A stretch of 63,610 nucleotides of DNA, filler included, from Octopus bimaculoides (GCF_001194135.2; 6 parts of 6 records of this genome joined end to end with filler, not necessarily neighbours in it), one strand, 5' to 3'. Positions 1 through 11,654 are shown, counted from the whole stretch's first letter. Translations and numbers: made by a program. The notes: a model not told the origin generated them from the letters alone.

Positions 1-13
1 ATATATATATATA

Positions 14-46
<33 letters not shown>

Positions 47-260
47 GTATGTTTGTGTGTCTGTGTCCCCCCAACATCGCTTGACAACCGATGCTGGTGT
101 GTTTAGGTCCCCGTAACTTAGCGGTTCAGCAAAAGAGACCGAAAGAATAAGTACTAGGCATTCAAAGAATAAGTCTTGGGGTCGATTTGCTCGACTAAAG
201 ACGGTGCTCCAGCATGGCCGCAGTCAAATGACTGAAACAAGTAAAAGTGTAAAAGAGTAA
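1..260 (+). mobile_element. SINE family B, 3' half
   Basis: gtccccc..acatcgcttgacaaccgatgctggtgtg ... ctccagcatggccgcagtcaaatgactgaaacaagtaaaag matches the reverse complement of the full-length copy at 48735-49123; ends in an (AAAGAGT)-like tail. Confidence 0.85.
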
Positions 261-624
261 AATAGTACACATACTTATGTTAGACATACCAACATTTTAT
301 GTGTGGGATGGGGGGGGGTGTATGTGTGTGTATATGTGTATAGCTATACATATACACACATATATGAGATGTACATACATTTTATGTGTGTGTGTGTGTG
401 TAAAGTGGAATAACAGCTTTTCATTCAAACATGTTAAATTTAAGACATGATAGTATGATTGGGATATCCCATAATCCTGTTTCACTAAGGACATGACACC
501 CTCCCTTGTTACCTGTTATTTGTAAAGCTTGGTGGCAAGCAAGCAGAGAAAGCATGGTTGTGAGGTCCTTTTAATTCTGAACTGCTGAGAGTTTATTCAA
601 CTCTTTAATGTTGGTGTCATGAGA

Positions 625-830
625 AATTGCAACAAGTACACTCTGTAAAGTGGTTGGCAATTGAAAGGACATCTAGCTATTGAAAGCAAGGCAAAACGAC
701 ATGCATGAGACAAGACTATGACAGTAGTAGCTCCCAATAAGGAAGGACTCAGACTGCTATGACCCGTCCAACCCATGTTACTATGGAAAGTGGACCTAAA
801 AATGATGATGATGATGGTGATGATTTGTTC
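625..830 (+). mobile_element. RTE-type 3' tail remnant with (GAT)n end
   Basis: gtggttggca..gaaaggacatctagct ... gtccaacccatg..atggaaagtggac..aatgatgatgatg; same tail as 12791-13078 and 17518-17770. A 5' piece of the same tail lies at 1718-1786. Confidence 0.7.
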
Positions 831-1069
831 GAGTTTGATCTGTTTGATGAAAGGTTTTTTCAAATTACCTCATTAGTCCATTTTAATACACTCACAGTCC
901 CATCATCAGAATAAAGTGATGCTAATAAAAGCATGCTATTTGCCTGCTTTGAAGTAGTTTGCAAAGCATCATGGGAATATTGTTATAATTTATATAATCA
1001 TCAACAACAGATTGAAAAATTCCTAGAATGGTAAGTTTTTGTTGATTTTATGATTTATTTTTCATGTGA

Positions 1070-1400
1070 TGTGTCTGTATGATGGTTTTGGTTTGTATTT
1101 TACTCTTCATAAAGCTTCCATAGTTATTTTTCTCATTTTTATGTAATTTCATATAAAACTGCAGTGCTGCCATCTACTGTTTTTCTATTAACTCTATTTT
1201 GCTAAATGTATTGAATTGTGATTGGTCCTTGTTATAAATGCATGGTCAACCAAGGAGAAAGTGTGTCCAGTGTAACAGTTCAAGTCACAAAGCTTGCAAT
1301 CTTCATGTCTACATTGAAATTTGTATATTACATTGGTTGTCTGAATAATGTTCTGTGGTTTGCAACTTTGTGGTTTCATGCCAAGGAGATTTTTCATTCT
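1070..1400 (-). mobile_element. Degenerate Penelope-like element, GIY-YIG endonuclease remnant
   Basis: Minus-strand translation QTTNVIYKFQCRHEDCKL..YTGHT, then after a frameshift LTMHL*QGPI and later MEAL*RVKYKP. This resembles the PLE pattern NVxYKFxCP..C..YIGxT..RLTMHL ... EALxI..KP. Confidence 0.65.
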
Positions 1401-1606
1401 GTGTTATGGTAATATATTCTAATTAAGCTATGAATTAGTGGTTAGGTGTGGTGCATGTTTTATGAGTATTTTTAATGATATATATTCATCTATTTTGTAA
1501 CAGGAGTGCATTTAGCACTTGTAGTATGCTCATGTGTTAATTTTTAGTGGGCACCACATACCACCTTGGAAAAGGGGGGCATAAACACTGAAAATATATA
1601 CATGTA

Positions 1607-1649
<43 letters not shown>

Positions 1650-1687
1650 GTGTGCATGTGTGTGTATGAATATATACATGTGTATGT

Positions 1688-1723
<36 letters not shown>

Positions 1724-2083
1724 CTCCTGTGCAGGTGGCACATAAAAAACACCATTTGAGCGTGGCTGTTGCCAGTACCGCCTGACNNNNNNNNNNNNNN
1801 NNNNNNNNNNNNNNNNNNNNNNNNNNNNNNNNNNNNNNNNNNNNNNNNNNNNNNNNNNNNNNNNNNNNNNNNNNNNNNNNNNNNNNNNNNNNNNNNNNNN
1901 NNNNNNNNNNNNNNNNNNNNNNNNNNNNNNNNNNNNNNNNNNNNNNNNNNNNNNNNNNNNNNNNNNNNNNNNNNNNNNNNNNNNNNNNNNNNNNNNNNNN
2001 NNNNNNNNNNNNNNNNNNNNNNNNNNNNNNNNNNNNNNNNNNNNNNNNNNNNNNNNNNNNNNNNNNNNNNNNNNNNNNNNNNN

Positions 2084-2119
<36 letters not shown>

Positions 2120-2123
<4 letters not shown>

Positions 2124-2345
2124 CATCATCATCATCTTGATCACTTAGTATTTTTCCATGCTTGCATGGACCAGATAGAATTTGTTGAGGGAGATTTTCT
2201 GCAACCCAATTCCCCTTCTGTCATTAACTCTTTCTGTCATAAACAAGGTTATATCTCCTCATGGTCAGACATTTTCCACAAAAGATTGGAGGCAAACAAT
2301 CTCACATGTATGACAGTGATGCTCATTTACAATCATCACATGGTG
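2120..2345 (-). mobile_element. RTE-type 3' tail remnant
   Basis: Starts with catcatcatcatc (reverse (GAT)n tail), then tttccatgcttgcatgg; degenerate relative of the 12791-13078 family. Confidence 0.55.
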
Positions 2346-2668
2346 TCAAAACAAGAGCAAACACGAACACATACCCACATGTACATATATAAGTACCTTC
2401 TCTCTACTAATATTCATTAAAATATATGGAAAATAAAAACAAACAAACAAGTGTCTTTGCATGTATGAAACGTGTGTGTGTATGTGCCAGTGTGTGTATG
2501 TGTGTGTGGGATTGGTGTTTGAGGGTGTATGTACGACTGTGTATATGTTCGTACTTGTGTTTACATGTCTGTATGTGTACTTATATATGTGAGCTTGCAC
2601 ATATAAACTTATGGACACCTGTATATACATTTTATGTACTAGTAAATCTCAAACAAGTAAGAGTAGAT

Positions 2669-2728
<60 letters not shown>

Positions 2729-2917
2729 AGACAAAATGTATGTCAGCAAGTGTGTGTATATATGTGTGTGTGTCTGCATACACCCATGTGTGCATGTTCA
2801 CTTGTATGGTGTAGAGACAAATGAAATGAGAAGCTGGGATGATTTAATATTACAGCTGGCATGTCAGATGTCATAGGTACATGATCAGCTGCCAAAAAAA
2901 GCAGTGTAGGTGGATTG

Positions 2918-3133
2918 TTATTTCTTTACTACCCACAAGGGACTACACACAGAGGGGACAAACAAGGACAGACAAACGGAATAAGTCGATTATACCGACC
3001 CCAGTGCGTAACTGGTACTTATTTAATCGACCCCGAAAGGATGAAAGGTAAAGTCGACCTCAGCGGAATTTGAACTCAGAACATAGCGGTAGACGAAATA
3101 CCGCTAAGCATTTCGTGCTAACGTTTCTGCCAG
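2918..3133 (-). mobile_element. SINE family A (tRNA-derived head)
   Basis: Reverse complement carries gttctgagttcaaattccgc (B-box-like) and the conserved core gtcgactttacctttcatcctttcggggtcgattaaataagtaccagt. Confidence 0.9.
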
Positions 3134-4099
3134 CATTGTGATCTAGGAAAGACATAAAATAACTTACTATTGAGTAGAATATAACCTTATATATGCTATT
3201 AATTGTAATGTTTTTTATAGAGCAATGGTAATATCCAAATTCGTGTAATTAGAGATGTGGGTGTGTGTGTGTACATGTGTGTATTTGTGTGTGTGTACAT
3301 ATACATATAAATTATATAGGTTACAGCCTATATTCATGTGTGTGTGTGTGTGTGTGTGTGTATGATCTGAAGATGTTGCATTTCATGAATGAAATGACAA
3401 AGATCTGTGTCAGTTGGTGACATGCAGTGCAGGAGGAGACCTGACCACCCATGCAAGCAAAGCCAGCAAATGTTAAGATTGATAGTGATGGAGACTGGAA
3501 GGCATAGCACACACACACACACACATCTTCAGTCAACTTCTATCTTGGATATCTCCTCTCATCTCTCTATCACTCTCTCCCCTTTTCACTTTCACTGTAC
3601 AACACTACTGGTATAACTGAGGATAGAAATGTGTTTCTCCCATTCTCTGTATCATTCCAGTGTAACTCAACCTCCTCATCTCTTCACACTTAACCTCTTT
3701 CATCCTTATCGCCCTGCACTTCTCACCCTTCACAAGGCACCAGATCTAAAAGAGTGCATCAGATCTCTACATGTACATTGTACATACAGATTTATCATTA
3801 ACCTTCTTATACTTTCAGTCAACACTCCATCATCCTCGGGCCACTTATTGACATCCATTATATTACTCTTAACCATTTATCCACCTTTATTACTATTAAT
3901 CAGTATTTTAACCCTTCGACCTTCTTTCTCTAATTACACTATTCCTACCATCACACTCCTATTCCCTTTCACTCACCAATCTATTATAGTTCTTCTCAGC
4001 CATTGCTTTCTTCTCTATTCACCTCCTTAGCTATGTAGCTAGGTTTGAATGTGCACATCATGTAGTGGTTAGAATTCTGTAATCTTACATGGTACAAAG

Positions 4100-4445
4100 C
4101 AATCCTACTGCTAGCATTGGTGCCACTGTAAGCTCCATCCAGGACACTCTGTAACGTGATTGCTGCATGTGTGGAGACATGGGGATCAAGAGAAACCTTT
4201 TTTGTCTTGCCAAGGATATGAGAACCTCTTTAGTGTTGGTGCCAAGATAAAACACACCTAGTACCTTCTGTGAAGTGGTTCATAACAGAAAGGGCATCCA
4301 GCCATAGGAATGAAACCGAAAATAAAATGTCGAAGCAACATATGGCCTCTGACTTGTCTAGGAATGGTAGTTGCTTTAAATAAAAACTGATTTGGACTGT
4401 GACAATCTATTCAATCCATGCCAGCATGGAAAGTGGGTATAAAAC
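4100..4445 (+). mobile_element. Degenerate RTE-type 3' tail
   Basis: agaaagggcatccagccatag ... atccatgccagcatggaaagtgg; two partial tandem copies of the tail 5' part. Confidence 0.55.
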
Positions 4446-6164
4446 AATCCACTTTGATGTGGATATATGTGATAATAGATGGGTGTATGAATGGCAATGA
4501 ACTAAAGAAGCTATGCAGTATGGCTTTGAATCAAGTAATTTCTTTCACTCACTTGCTATAATATATTGTCAATATATCTGATATTTCAGTGGAAAATATC
4601 CTGGATGTAATACAAGCAAAATTACTGGATTTTACATATTATTTTGATTTTGCTGTTACTTAAGGTTGTCACATCACCAACCTTTGCATAGCAAACTTTC
4701 ATGAAGGTAAAATCCTGAAACAATTTTTTCTTTCATGCTTGTATACTATAATGTTAATAGCATACAACTTCCTTTTCTAGTGCTGACAGAAAATCTTGCC
4801 GAAATCTTACTTTCAACAGCTGTGATTTTGTTTTCTTCTTTTTCTCCTTCCCATCACCTCCTTTTGATGGCACCTATCATTGTTTCAACTAAATACACGT
4901 ACATGCACACACATAAGCAAATAAGGCACATACATATATGTGTGAGTGTTGACATACATGCATATAAATATGCATTATATGTATGTATTTGTGTGCATGT
5001 GAGAGCACGTTTGTGTGAGTATGATAACACATAATAATGCTTGATGTTTTCCATAACAAATATGACAATAGCCCATTAATAATTGCCATAGCAATATCAA
5101 ATGACAATCATATACAGTAGTGAGTGGAAGATTCTAAGAAATTACACTGACTTCACTATAAAACTGCAAACATTATGGCAATTAAGTATTGTGTCAATCA
5201 TCCTATTTCTGACTGGCACAAATGGAACAACATACAACCACTTTTGTAAAGACTTTGACAGATTACATTTAAGAAGAGACAAAGACATGTTCCAGATAAT
5301 AGAAATAATACTAAAACTGATATATATATAATTAGGGCATTCTTACACAGCACATATTCCTTTATTTCTTATTTCATACTTTTACTTGTTTGTCAGACAC
5401 ACACACACTCACACATGTATGNNNNNNNNNNNNNNNNNNNNNNNNNNNNNNNNNNNNNNNNNNNNNNNNNNNNNNNNNNNNNNNNNNNNNNNNNNNNNNN
5501 NNNNNNNNNNNNNNNNNNNNNNNNNNNNNNNNNNNNNNNNNNNNNNNNNNNNNNNNNNNNNNNNNNNNNNNNNNNNNNNNNNNNNNNNNNNNNNNNNNNN
5601 NNNNNNNNNNNNNNNNNNNNNNNNNNNNNNNNNNNNNNNNNNNNNNNNNNNNNNNNNNNNNNNNNNNNNNNNNNNNNNNNNNNNNNNNNNNNNNNNNNNN
5701 NNNNNNNNNNNNNNNNNNNNNNNNNNNNNNNNNNNNNNNNNNNNNNNNNNNNNNNNNNNNNNNNNNNNNNNNNNNNNNNNNNNNNNNAATGTAATTGACT
5801 AGTCCCCTCCCAGAAAATTTCAGGCCTTGTGTCTACAGTAGAAAGGATTATCATATCATATTAGTTACAATATTAATTTAAATAAAGAAATATTATTACC
5901 GTTATTAATGATAATGATAGGGTGGCTAGCAAGTTTACACCTTTACAGGCAAAATATAAGCTACATTTAAATTCAGCAGGATATATGAATACCACTTGCT
6001 ATAATTACTTGCTCCAAAACCACCAGTAACTCACTATTAAGATACACACAGGCAATGCGATGAACATATTATATTAATGATTTCTTATATATAATGAATT
6101 TAATAGATATGACAATAATCAATTCTATCATAAGCACAAAACCATAAACCCTGCAAGAGTAAAC

Positions 6165-7135
6165 AGTAGATTATATCAATCCCAGTACTTTATTTCAACA
6201 ACCCAGGGAGGGTGAAAAATAAAGTTGAATGTAGCAGTACTTGAACTCAGAACATAAAGAGAACTAAATGCAGAAAGGCATTTTATCTGGTGCTTTATCC
6301 ATTCTGCCATAATAATAATCCTTTCTCTTTCGTCTGTCTTTACATTCTGTGTTCATATTCCGCTGAGGTCATCTTTGCCTTTCATCCTTTCGAGGTCGAT
6401 AAATTAAGTACCAGTTGCATACTGGGGTTAATCTAATTGACAGGCCCTCCTCCCCCAAAATTTTGGGCCTTGAGCCTAGAGAGAAAAGAATAATAATCCT
6501 TTCTTAAAGTGGCAAGCTGGCAAAATTGTTAGCATGCTGGGCGAAATGCTTAGCGCTATTTCGTCTGCCATTACGTTCTGAGTTCAAATTCCGCCGAGGT
6601 CTACTTTACCTTTCATCCTTTCGAGGTCGGTAAATTAAGTACCAGTTATGCACTGGGGTCGATGTAATCAACTTAATCCCTTGTCTATCCTTGTTTGTCC
6701 CCTCTATTTTTAGTCCCTTGTGGGCAATAAAGAAATTAGAAACATTAGCATGCTGGGCAAAATGCATAGCAATATTTTGTCTGTCTTTATGTTCTAAGTT
6801 CAAATTCTGCTGAGGTCGACTTTGCCTTTCAACCTTTTGGGGTTGATAAATTAAGTACCAGTTGCATACTGGGGTCAATCTAATCGACTGGCCACCTCCC
6901 AAAAAGTTTCAGGCCTTGTGCTTAGAGTAGAAAAGAATAATAATCCTTTCTAGTGGGGGAGGGAAGCAGTCGAATGAATTGGCCTCAGTGTTTCACTGGT
7001 ACTTAATTTATCGACCCCGAAAGGATGAAAGGCAAAGTCAACTTCAGCGGAATCAGAACTCAAAATTTAGCAGCAGACAAAATACTGCTAAGCATTTTGC
7101 CTGGTGTGCTAACAATTCTGTCAGCTTGCTGCCTT
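6165..7135. mobile_element. Cluster of five SINE A copies (-, +, +, +, -)
   Basis: Core repeated at about 6166-6308 (-), 6330-6489 (+), 6506-6735 (+), 6736-6935 (+) and 6945-7135 (-); most copies are separated by short (AAT)n. Confidence 0.9.
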
Positions 7136-7231
7136 ATTCTACAATAATAATAATAATAATTCTAATAAGGATTTCAAACTTAGTTGTAAGCTACAAATAT
7201 TTTTGTCCCAAAGTGAGATCAGGTGATTTAA

Positions 7232-7451
7232 CCCTTTAGCATTTTAAAAGATCATATTCAGCTAAAATAATCTACCTGCTTTATCTTCAAAGTGACCAGA
7301 TTTAGCCTCTCACACTTAACTTACAATATTATTCTAATCATAAACTATCACGTCATTAAAATCTCAAAGCTACAAGGCAATGCATAATCAATTGATATCT
7401 ATATGAATAAATAAGCATTACATTTGACAGAGAAATCTGAATGTTTAAGGG
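7232..7451 (+). mobile_element. piggyBac-type MITE (about 220 bp, TTAA-flanked)
   Basis: TTAA(7228-7231)|CCCTTTAGCATT ... AATGTTTAAGGG|TTAA(7452-7455); second copy in opposite orientation at 14074-14290. Confidence 0.7.
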
Positions 7452-8204
7452 TTAATCAACCCCAACTATGAGACTGGTACACTATTTTATGAAACCCAGC
7501 CAGATGATTGACACCATTGACTTTGGTAGAACTTGAACTTAAAACATAATGGGAAATAATTACAGATTTGTGAAGACAAGAATTTTCAATAATGGTTATA
7601 AACATACATAGCACCAAAGAGAGAAGAAGAGAAAATGAATGAGTAGGAAAAGTGAAAAGTTGTTCTACACAAACACTAACACATGCATCATCTTGTTTTA
7701 GTGACATGACATCTAAAAAGACTGAAAGAAATTATCTAAAAAGACAACTCCATGAACTTGGAGATAGTGATGAAAGATTACATTGACAAAGAAAAGATGC
7801 AGACATTTGATGTTGAAGAAGAGTAGAAGAAACTGACAAAAATATAAAACAGTCAGGTAAAGAAATGATGTAGGTGTTGTTGACTGAACTCTTTGGAAAT
7901 TTACAGTCTAAATATTGACACCTGATAATAAAATATTGAAATTGTTATTTTCTTTAAACATTAAAAATTCACATATAGAATAAAAATATTATGCTGGTCT
8001 ATATTTGGAATTGGGATTTTTGAATATAGAGTTAAAAATCTTTCTCATTGAACAGAGATAGTGCCTCAATTATGAATAGCAGAATAGCAAAACTATTTAA
8101 TATTTCATTTATAGTTATGAGTGTGTGTGTGTGTGTGTGTGTGTGTGCTTGCATGTATGTATGCATTTATTTATTTGTTATACTCATATGTCTGTATTCT
8201 TTTA

Positions 8205-8428
8205 TTCTTTTATTCTTTTACTTGTTTCAGTCATTTTGACTGTGGCCATGCTGGAGCACCACCTTTAGTTGAACAAATCAACCCCAGTACTTATTCTTTG
8301 TAAGCCTAGTACTTATTCTATCGGTCTCTTTTCCCGAACTGGTAGGTTACGGGGATGTAAGCACACCAACATTGGTTGTCAAGCGATGGTGAGGGGACAA
8401 ACACAGATACACAAGCACATATATGTAT

Positions 8429-8462
<34 letters not shown>

Positions 8463-8620
8463 GACGGGCTTCTTTCAGTTTCCATCTACCAAATCCACTC
8501 ACAAGACTTTGGTTGGTCCGAGGCTATAGCGGAAAACACTTGCCTAAGGTGCAATGCAGTGGGACTGAATCCAGAATCATGTGGTTGGGAAGCAAGCTTC
8601 TTACCACACTGCCACACCTG
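8205..8620 (-). mobile_element. SINE family B, near full length
   Basis: Collinear with 48735-49123 from the tail ttttacttgtttcagtcatttt to the head cttcttaccacactgccac; internal (CA)/(TA) microsatellite. Confidence 0.9.
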
Positions 8621-8866
8621 CATATTCTTTATCTAAATTAAATGTTTTTTTCAAAGTGATGCCAAATGTTTTGCTTTTTCCTTTTGTATTCTAATCTATA
8701 TCCCCCTGCTCAAAGAGAAACCACTTCTAGCCACCTTCAATAGGCAGTCTCAACGCCACACTTTCCAGTTGCTGTTTAAGCCAGAGTTTTAGTGGGAAAC
8801 CTAACTGAGCACTCATAATACCCATTTATTACATTGTCAGTTGACGAAAACTACTTGTATATTCTC

Positions 8867-8933
<67 letters not shown>

Positions 8934-9020
8934 TTGGAATATACGAAAAAACGAAAGACGAAGATGGGTGTGTAAACACCAAACAGATGTATTAGTTTAA
9001 CACTCAGGAAGTGAAAAGGT

Positions 9021-9056
9021 CTTTTACATTTTGAGCCTACTCTCTTCTACAGAAAG
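9021..9056 (-). ncRNA. Degenerate minimal hammerhead-ribozyme-like motif
   Basis: Minus strand cttt-CTGTAGA-a-GAGa-gtag-GCTC-AAAA-tgt-a-aaag. Type I layout with stem I cttt/aaag, but the core deviates from CUGANGA/GAAA. Confidence 0.4.
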
Positions 9057-9710
9057 GAACACAGAAATAAGCAGAGAGAGAAAATAAAAACGGTTTAGTG
9101 ACTAGCAATCAATTATGGCAAATGCTGGACAGAGGTGGTCAGACAGGAGAGCTAGGAAGAAGGGGAAATAAAAAAAGTAGTGGTGATCCTAACACGAGGG
9201 TGTGCGTGCGTGTGTATGTGAGAGCATGTATGTGTGTGTGGATAAGGGCTGGTGACCTTGACGTGTGCATGTGTGCATGTGTAGGTGTGTGGATGATGGT
9301 NNNNNNNNNNNNNNNNNNNNNNNNNNNNNNNNNNNNNNNNNNNNNNNNNNNNNNNNNNNNNNNNNNNNNNNNNNNNNNNNNNNNNNNNNNNNNNNNNNNN
9401 NNNNNNNNNNNNNNNNNNNNNNNNNNNNNNNNNNNNNNNNNNNNNNNNNNNNNNNNNNNNNNNNNNNNNNNNNNNNNNGTGTGGGTATAGGTGGGGTGTG
9501 AGGGTATGGGTGGGATGGGATGTATAGGGATGGTGGGGTAGGAATGTGTAGGGGTGGGGTAACAACGGAGGAGTGACAATGAAGGGAGAGGGTGGAAGGG
9601 AGAAGGTAGGTAGGAGTGAAGAGAGGAAGTAGGTGTCAGAGCAAGAGAGGAGAGGTGGGTGGGAGTGAAGGAAGGAAGTAGGTGCGAGAGGAGGAGAGGA
9701 GAGAGGGGGG

Positions 9711-10127
9711 TTAGATGAAGAGGCGAGGAGGGTTGAGCCCATGTGGTGCAAATGAGCAAAGAGAGAAGATTAATTCCTGTTCACAGCAAAGACGGAAATC
9801 TGGATGGCCCCTGTGCAAGGACAATCCAAACACAAGCAGGTGTTGTAAGGAATGACCAGTAGAGCGGAAATGGTGTGAGACCAGGGTGTTGTTGCTGAGT
9901 CTGATGTCTCAGAGGTGTTTTGCGAACCGGTCAACCAAGCGGCGTCCCATTTGACCAATGTACAGAGAAGGACAGAGAGAGCAGGAGATGCAGTAGATGA
10001 CGTTGCTAGAAGTGCAGGTGAAGGTGTTAGTGATATGATAGAGTCGATGATGGGTGCCTGTGAGGATGGTGCTGTTGGAGAGGTAAGGGCAAGTGCAGCA
10101 GTGTGTGCAGGAGCAGGGGAATGAGTT
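9711..10127 (-). pseudogene. Penelope-like GIY-YIG endonuclease C-terminus (one premature stop)
   Basis: NSFPCSCTHCCTCPYL..FTCTSSNVIYCISCSLCPSLYIGQMGRRLVDRFAKHL*DIR..VSHHFRSTGHS..LVFGL..EQELIFSL..PHGLNPPRLFI*. Cys-rich linker plus NVIY..LYIG motif; TGA at 9909-9911 is probably from CGA. Confidence 0.9.
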
Positions 10128-11039
10128 GGGTTGATATATATATATATATATATATATATTATTTCTTTNNNNNNNNNNNNNNNNNNNNNNNNNNNNNNNN
10201 NNNNNNNNNNNNNNNNNNNNNNNNNNNNNNNNNNNNNNNNNNNNNNNNNNNNNNNNNNNNNNNNNNNNNNNNNNNNNNNNNNNNNNNNNNNNNNNNNNNN
10301 NNNNNNNNNNNNNNNNNNNNNNNNNNNNNNNNNNNNNNNNNNNNNNNNNNNNNNNNNNNNNNNNNNNNNNNNNNNNNNNNNNNNNNNNNNNNNNNNNNNN
10401 NNNNNNNNNNNNNNNNNNNNNNNNNNNNNNNNNNNNNNNNNNNNNNNNNNNNNNNNNNNNNNNNNNNNNNNNNNNNNNNNNNNNNNNNNNNNNNNNNNNN
10501 NNNNNNNNNNNNNNNNNNNNNNNNNNNNNNNNNNNNNNNNNNNNNNNNNNNNNNNNNNNNNNNNNNNNNNNNNNNNNNNNNNNNNNNNNNNNNNNNNNNN
10601 NNNNNNNNNNNNNNNNNNNNNNNNNNNNNNNNNNNNNNNNNNNNNNNNNNNNNNNNNNNNNNNNNNNNNNNNNNNNNNNNNNNNNNNNNNNNNNNNNNNN
10701 NNNNNNNNNNNNNNNNNNNNNNNNNNNNNNNNNNNNNNNNNNNNNNNNNNNNNNNNNNNNNNNNNNNNNNNNNNNNNNNNNNNNNNNNNNNNNNNNNNNN
10801 NNNNNNNNNNNNNNNNNNNNNNNNNNNNNNNNNNNNNNNNNNNNNNNNNNNNNNNNNNNNNNNNNNNNNNNNNNNNNNNNNNNNNNNNNNNNTGTGTGTG
10901 TGTGCGTGTATATATATATATATATATAGGATGTTCAAGCTAAATTTGACAATTCTTTTGTTTCTTCTTTTCAGGAACAGTTTGATGTCTTGGCTAAGAA
11001 TCAATGGCACAGGAGAGCATAAAGATTATAGTTCTAGTT

Positions 11040-11654
11040 GAGAAAAAGTTGCTTAGCATGTAGGATTGGAAGCCATCTGAATATTGGAAAAGAGTTATCG
11101 ATATCACGATGATTCATACCAGGTGTCAAAATGCCAACATTATCACTGCTGCTCAACAGTCTGTAAACACTTATCAGCTGTAAGACATGACATGGTCATC
11201 ATCAAAAACTATGTTCCTTCACGCTGTGATAGTCTTTGGTTGTGCCTCCACAAGGGTGACATCATGATCTTTCACATCTTTGGCTCAAATCAGATGACTA
11301 TGTGAAGCTGTGCTCAAACCCTGGCTGGGGAGGGTTGTTGGAAGGCCATATGTGTCACAACAGGATTCACCTCCTTGCTATGGCTCTGGGAAGAGTCAGA
11401 AGTGGTTGTCAGAGAATTTCTCTGACTTCACAAACCTCAGTTTCTGGCCTCCTAACTACCCTGATTGTAATATCATGGATTATTATGTGTAAGGTGTGGT
11501 TGGGAGAGACACTTGCAGCACTATGGCTAAGTTAGTGGCTATGATCAAGGAAGTGTTCAAAGATCTTTTTGGGGACTGTGTGAGGAATGCATGTGCCCGG
11601 TCCTGGAGCTGTATTGAGGCTGTGGTGGAAGTTGAGGGTGGCTACTTTGAGTAA
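11040..11654 (+). mobile_element. Tc1/mariner DD37D (maT-type) transposase remnant
   Basis: VIVFGC..GDIM..; LKPWLGRVVGRPYVSQQDSPPC..WLSENF..FWPPNYPDCNIMDYYV*G..IEAVVEVEGGYFE*; 37 residues between the QQD and MDY aspartates (counted by hand). Confidence 0.85.

Larger units (their letters stand above)
8935..10127 (-). mobile_element. 5'-truncated Penelope-like element: EN domain, pyrimidine-rich 3' UTR and terminal repeat
   Basis: GIY-YIG remnant at 10127-9711 is followed on the same strand by a C/T-rich UTR (interrupted by a gap) and a terminal segment shared with 48570-48735 and 50690-50900; (TA)n flanks both sides. Confidence 0.75.

Noticed and set aside
3361-3405. gatCTGAAGA...GAAAtgac hammerhead-like string
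   Set aside because: Stem II does not pair and no linked Penelope ORF is recognisable
4789-4872. Possible 63-nt minus-strand exon VPSKGGDGKEKKKKTKSQLLK ending at AA|GTAAGA
   Set aside because: The acceptor lacks a polypyrimidine tract, and the Lys-rich string is explained by A-rich composition
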